Assembly (NCBI RefSeq): GCF_008065095.1
Contig: NZ_CP042911.1
Coordinates: forward strand, 480,001 to 512,000
Length of the DNA: 32,000 nucleotides
Reading direction: 5' to 3'
Source of the DNA: Gemmata obscuriglobus
Lineage (GTDB): Bacteria; Planctomycetota; Planctomycetia; Gemmatales; Gemmataceae
Positions within the stretch are counted from its first letter, which is position 1. Each line of letters opens with the position of its first letter. The notes beneath the pieces are model-generated. The model made no database searches. It was not told the origin of the DNA and saw only the letters and a list, made by a program, of their open reading frames with translations. This document shows, in pieces, positions 31,423-32,000 of the stretch. The position numbers were made by a program, and so were the translations under genes.

Positions 31423-32000
31423 ATGACCGCCATGCCGCCACCGGCCCCGTCGCGCCGGCCGTTTCGGTTCACCCGCGAACAGTACCTCGAACTGGGGCAG
31501 CTTGGTTATTTCGACGGAAAGCGTGTGGAACTCCTGTGCGGGGAGATCGTCGAGATGAGCCCGATAAACTGGCCGCACGCACTGTGCGTGAACCTCGTAG
31601 TTGCGGCCCTGAATCGGGCATTCCCACTTGGTTTTTGGGTCGCTTCGCAACAGCCGATTGCGATTCCCGGCACAAAACCCGCTTCACAGCCCCAACCTGA
31701 TGCAATGGTCATCGCGGGCTCTCCGCGCGACTACACCGACCACCCCACCACCGCGGCACTACTCGTTGAGGTCTCCGACACGACGCTGTCCGAAGACCTG
31801 AGTACCAAAGCCGAGTTGTACGCGACCGCTAACGTGCCCGAGTACTGGGTGCTCGACATCCCGAACCGCCAGTTGCACGTCTACCGCGATCCGCAGCCGC
31901 TCCCGACCGGTCTGGGCGCCACGGCGTACCGCGCGCACCTGGTCCTCGCGCCCGCCGACACCGTTCAGCCGCTGGCCGCGCCCCGTGCGGTCGTTCGCGT
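31423..32000 (+). CDS. Uma2 family (DUF820) restriction-endonuclease-fold protein, 3' end outside the window
   Basis: ATG 31423 is preceded by GGAGGA at a 6-nt spacing. Motifs FTREQYLELGQLGYF.....VELL.GEIVEMSP....H, PD..V, LLVEVSD.TL..D...K..LYA...VPEYWVLD and L.VYRDP are present. The frame stays open to the window edge, so it is absent from the ORF track. Confidence 0.85.
   Translation, partial: MTAMPPPAPSRRPFRFTREQYLELGQLGYFDGKRVELLCGEIVEMSPINWPHALCVNLVVAALNRAFPLGFWVASQQPIAIPGTKPASQPQPDAMVIAGSPRDYTDHPTTAALLVEVSDTTLSEDLSTKAELYATANVPEYWVLDIPNRQLHVYRDPQPLPTGLGATAYRAHLVLAPADTVQPLAAPRAVVR

Overview
High-G+C DNA: single 60-nt lines counted by hand give about 68% G+C in typical genes. The gene content looks planctomycete, Gemmata-like, which is inference only. 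It includes membrane-tethered ECF sigma factors, a PAS-rich hybrid kinase, Uma2, IS3/ISAs1/ISKra4 elements and a protein ending [15 protein letters not shown]. About 30 credible genes were found. In window order they are: a PadR regulator with an overlapping membrane partner; a GT2 glycosyltransferase plus SAM methyltransferase; a PolB-type exonuclease homolog; a GT9 heptosyltransferase; Maf; SMI1/KNR4; two adjacent IS elements (IS3 family, then ISAs1 family with intact repeats); an XRE regulator; DUF1810; a Cys-based phosphatase; two ECF sigma factors with TM and extracytoplasmic extensions; a large hybrid histidine kinase with a stand-alone receiver; a vWA/PP2C/Ser-Thr-kinase triad; galactose mutarotase; a YjhG/YagF-type xylonate dehydratase; and a Uma2 endonuclease. 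Four points are most worth a second look. (1) The 1178-aa hybrid kinase starts with a membrane domain that aligns residue for residue with the plant ETR1 ethylene-binding domain, including the Cu-ligand Cys/His pair. The same protein carries a FixL-like PAS, a GAF and a canonical LOV (GRNCRFLQG) domain. (2) Directly upstream on the same strand lies a translationally coupled vWA-PP2C-kinase triad (TerY-P / yegL-yegK-yegI type) whose function is unknown. (3) A low-G+C islet (about 22.8-25.6 kb) is flanked by decayed gene fragments. It carries an orphan membrane protein with a K-channel-like pore but a degenerate filter, a C10 tract, a 104-nt palindrome and a small ORFan. (4) An IS3 copy has an A9 tract and a +1 frame layout that fit transcriptional slippage rather than -1 frameshifting. 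The many very long Arg/Pro/Gly-rich ORFs in the track are off-frame or antisense shadows typical of high-GC DNA and were rejected. No rRNA, tRNA or CRISPR array was recognised by eye.
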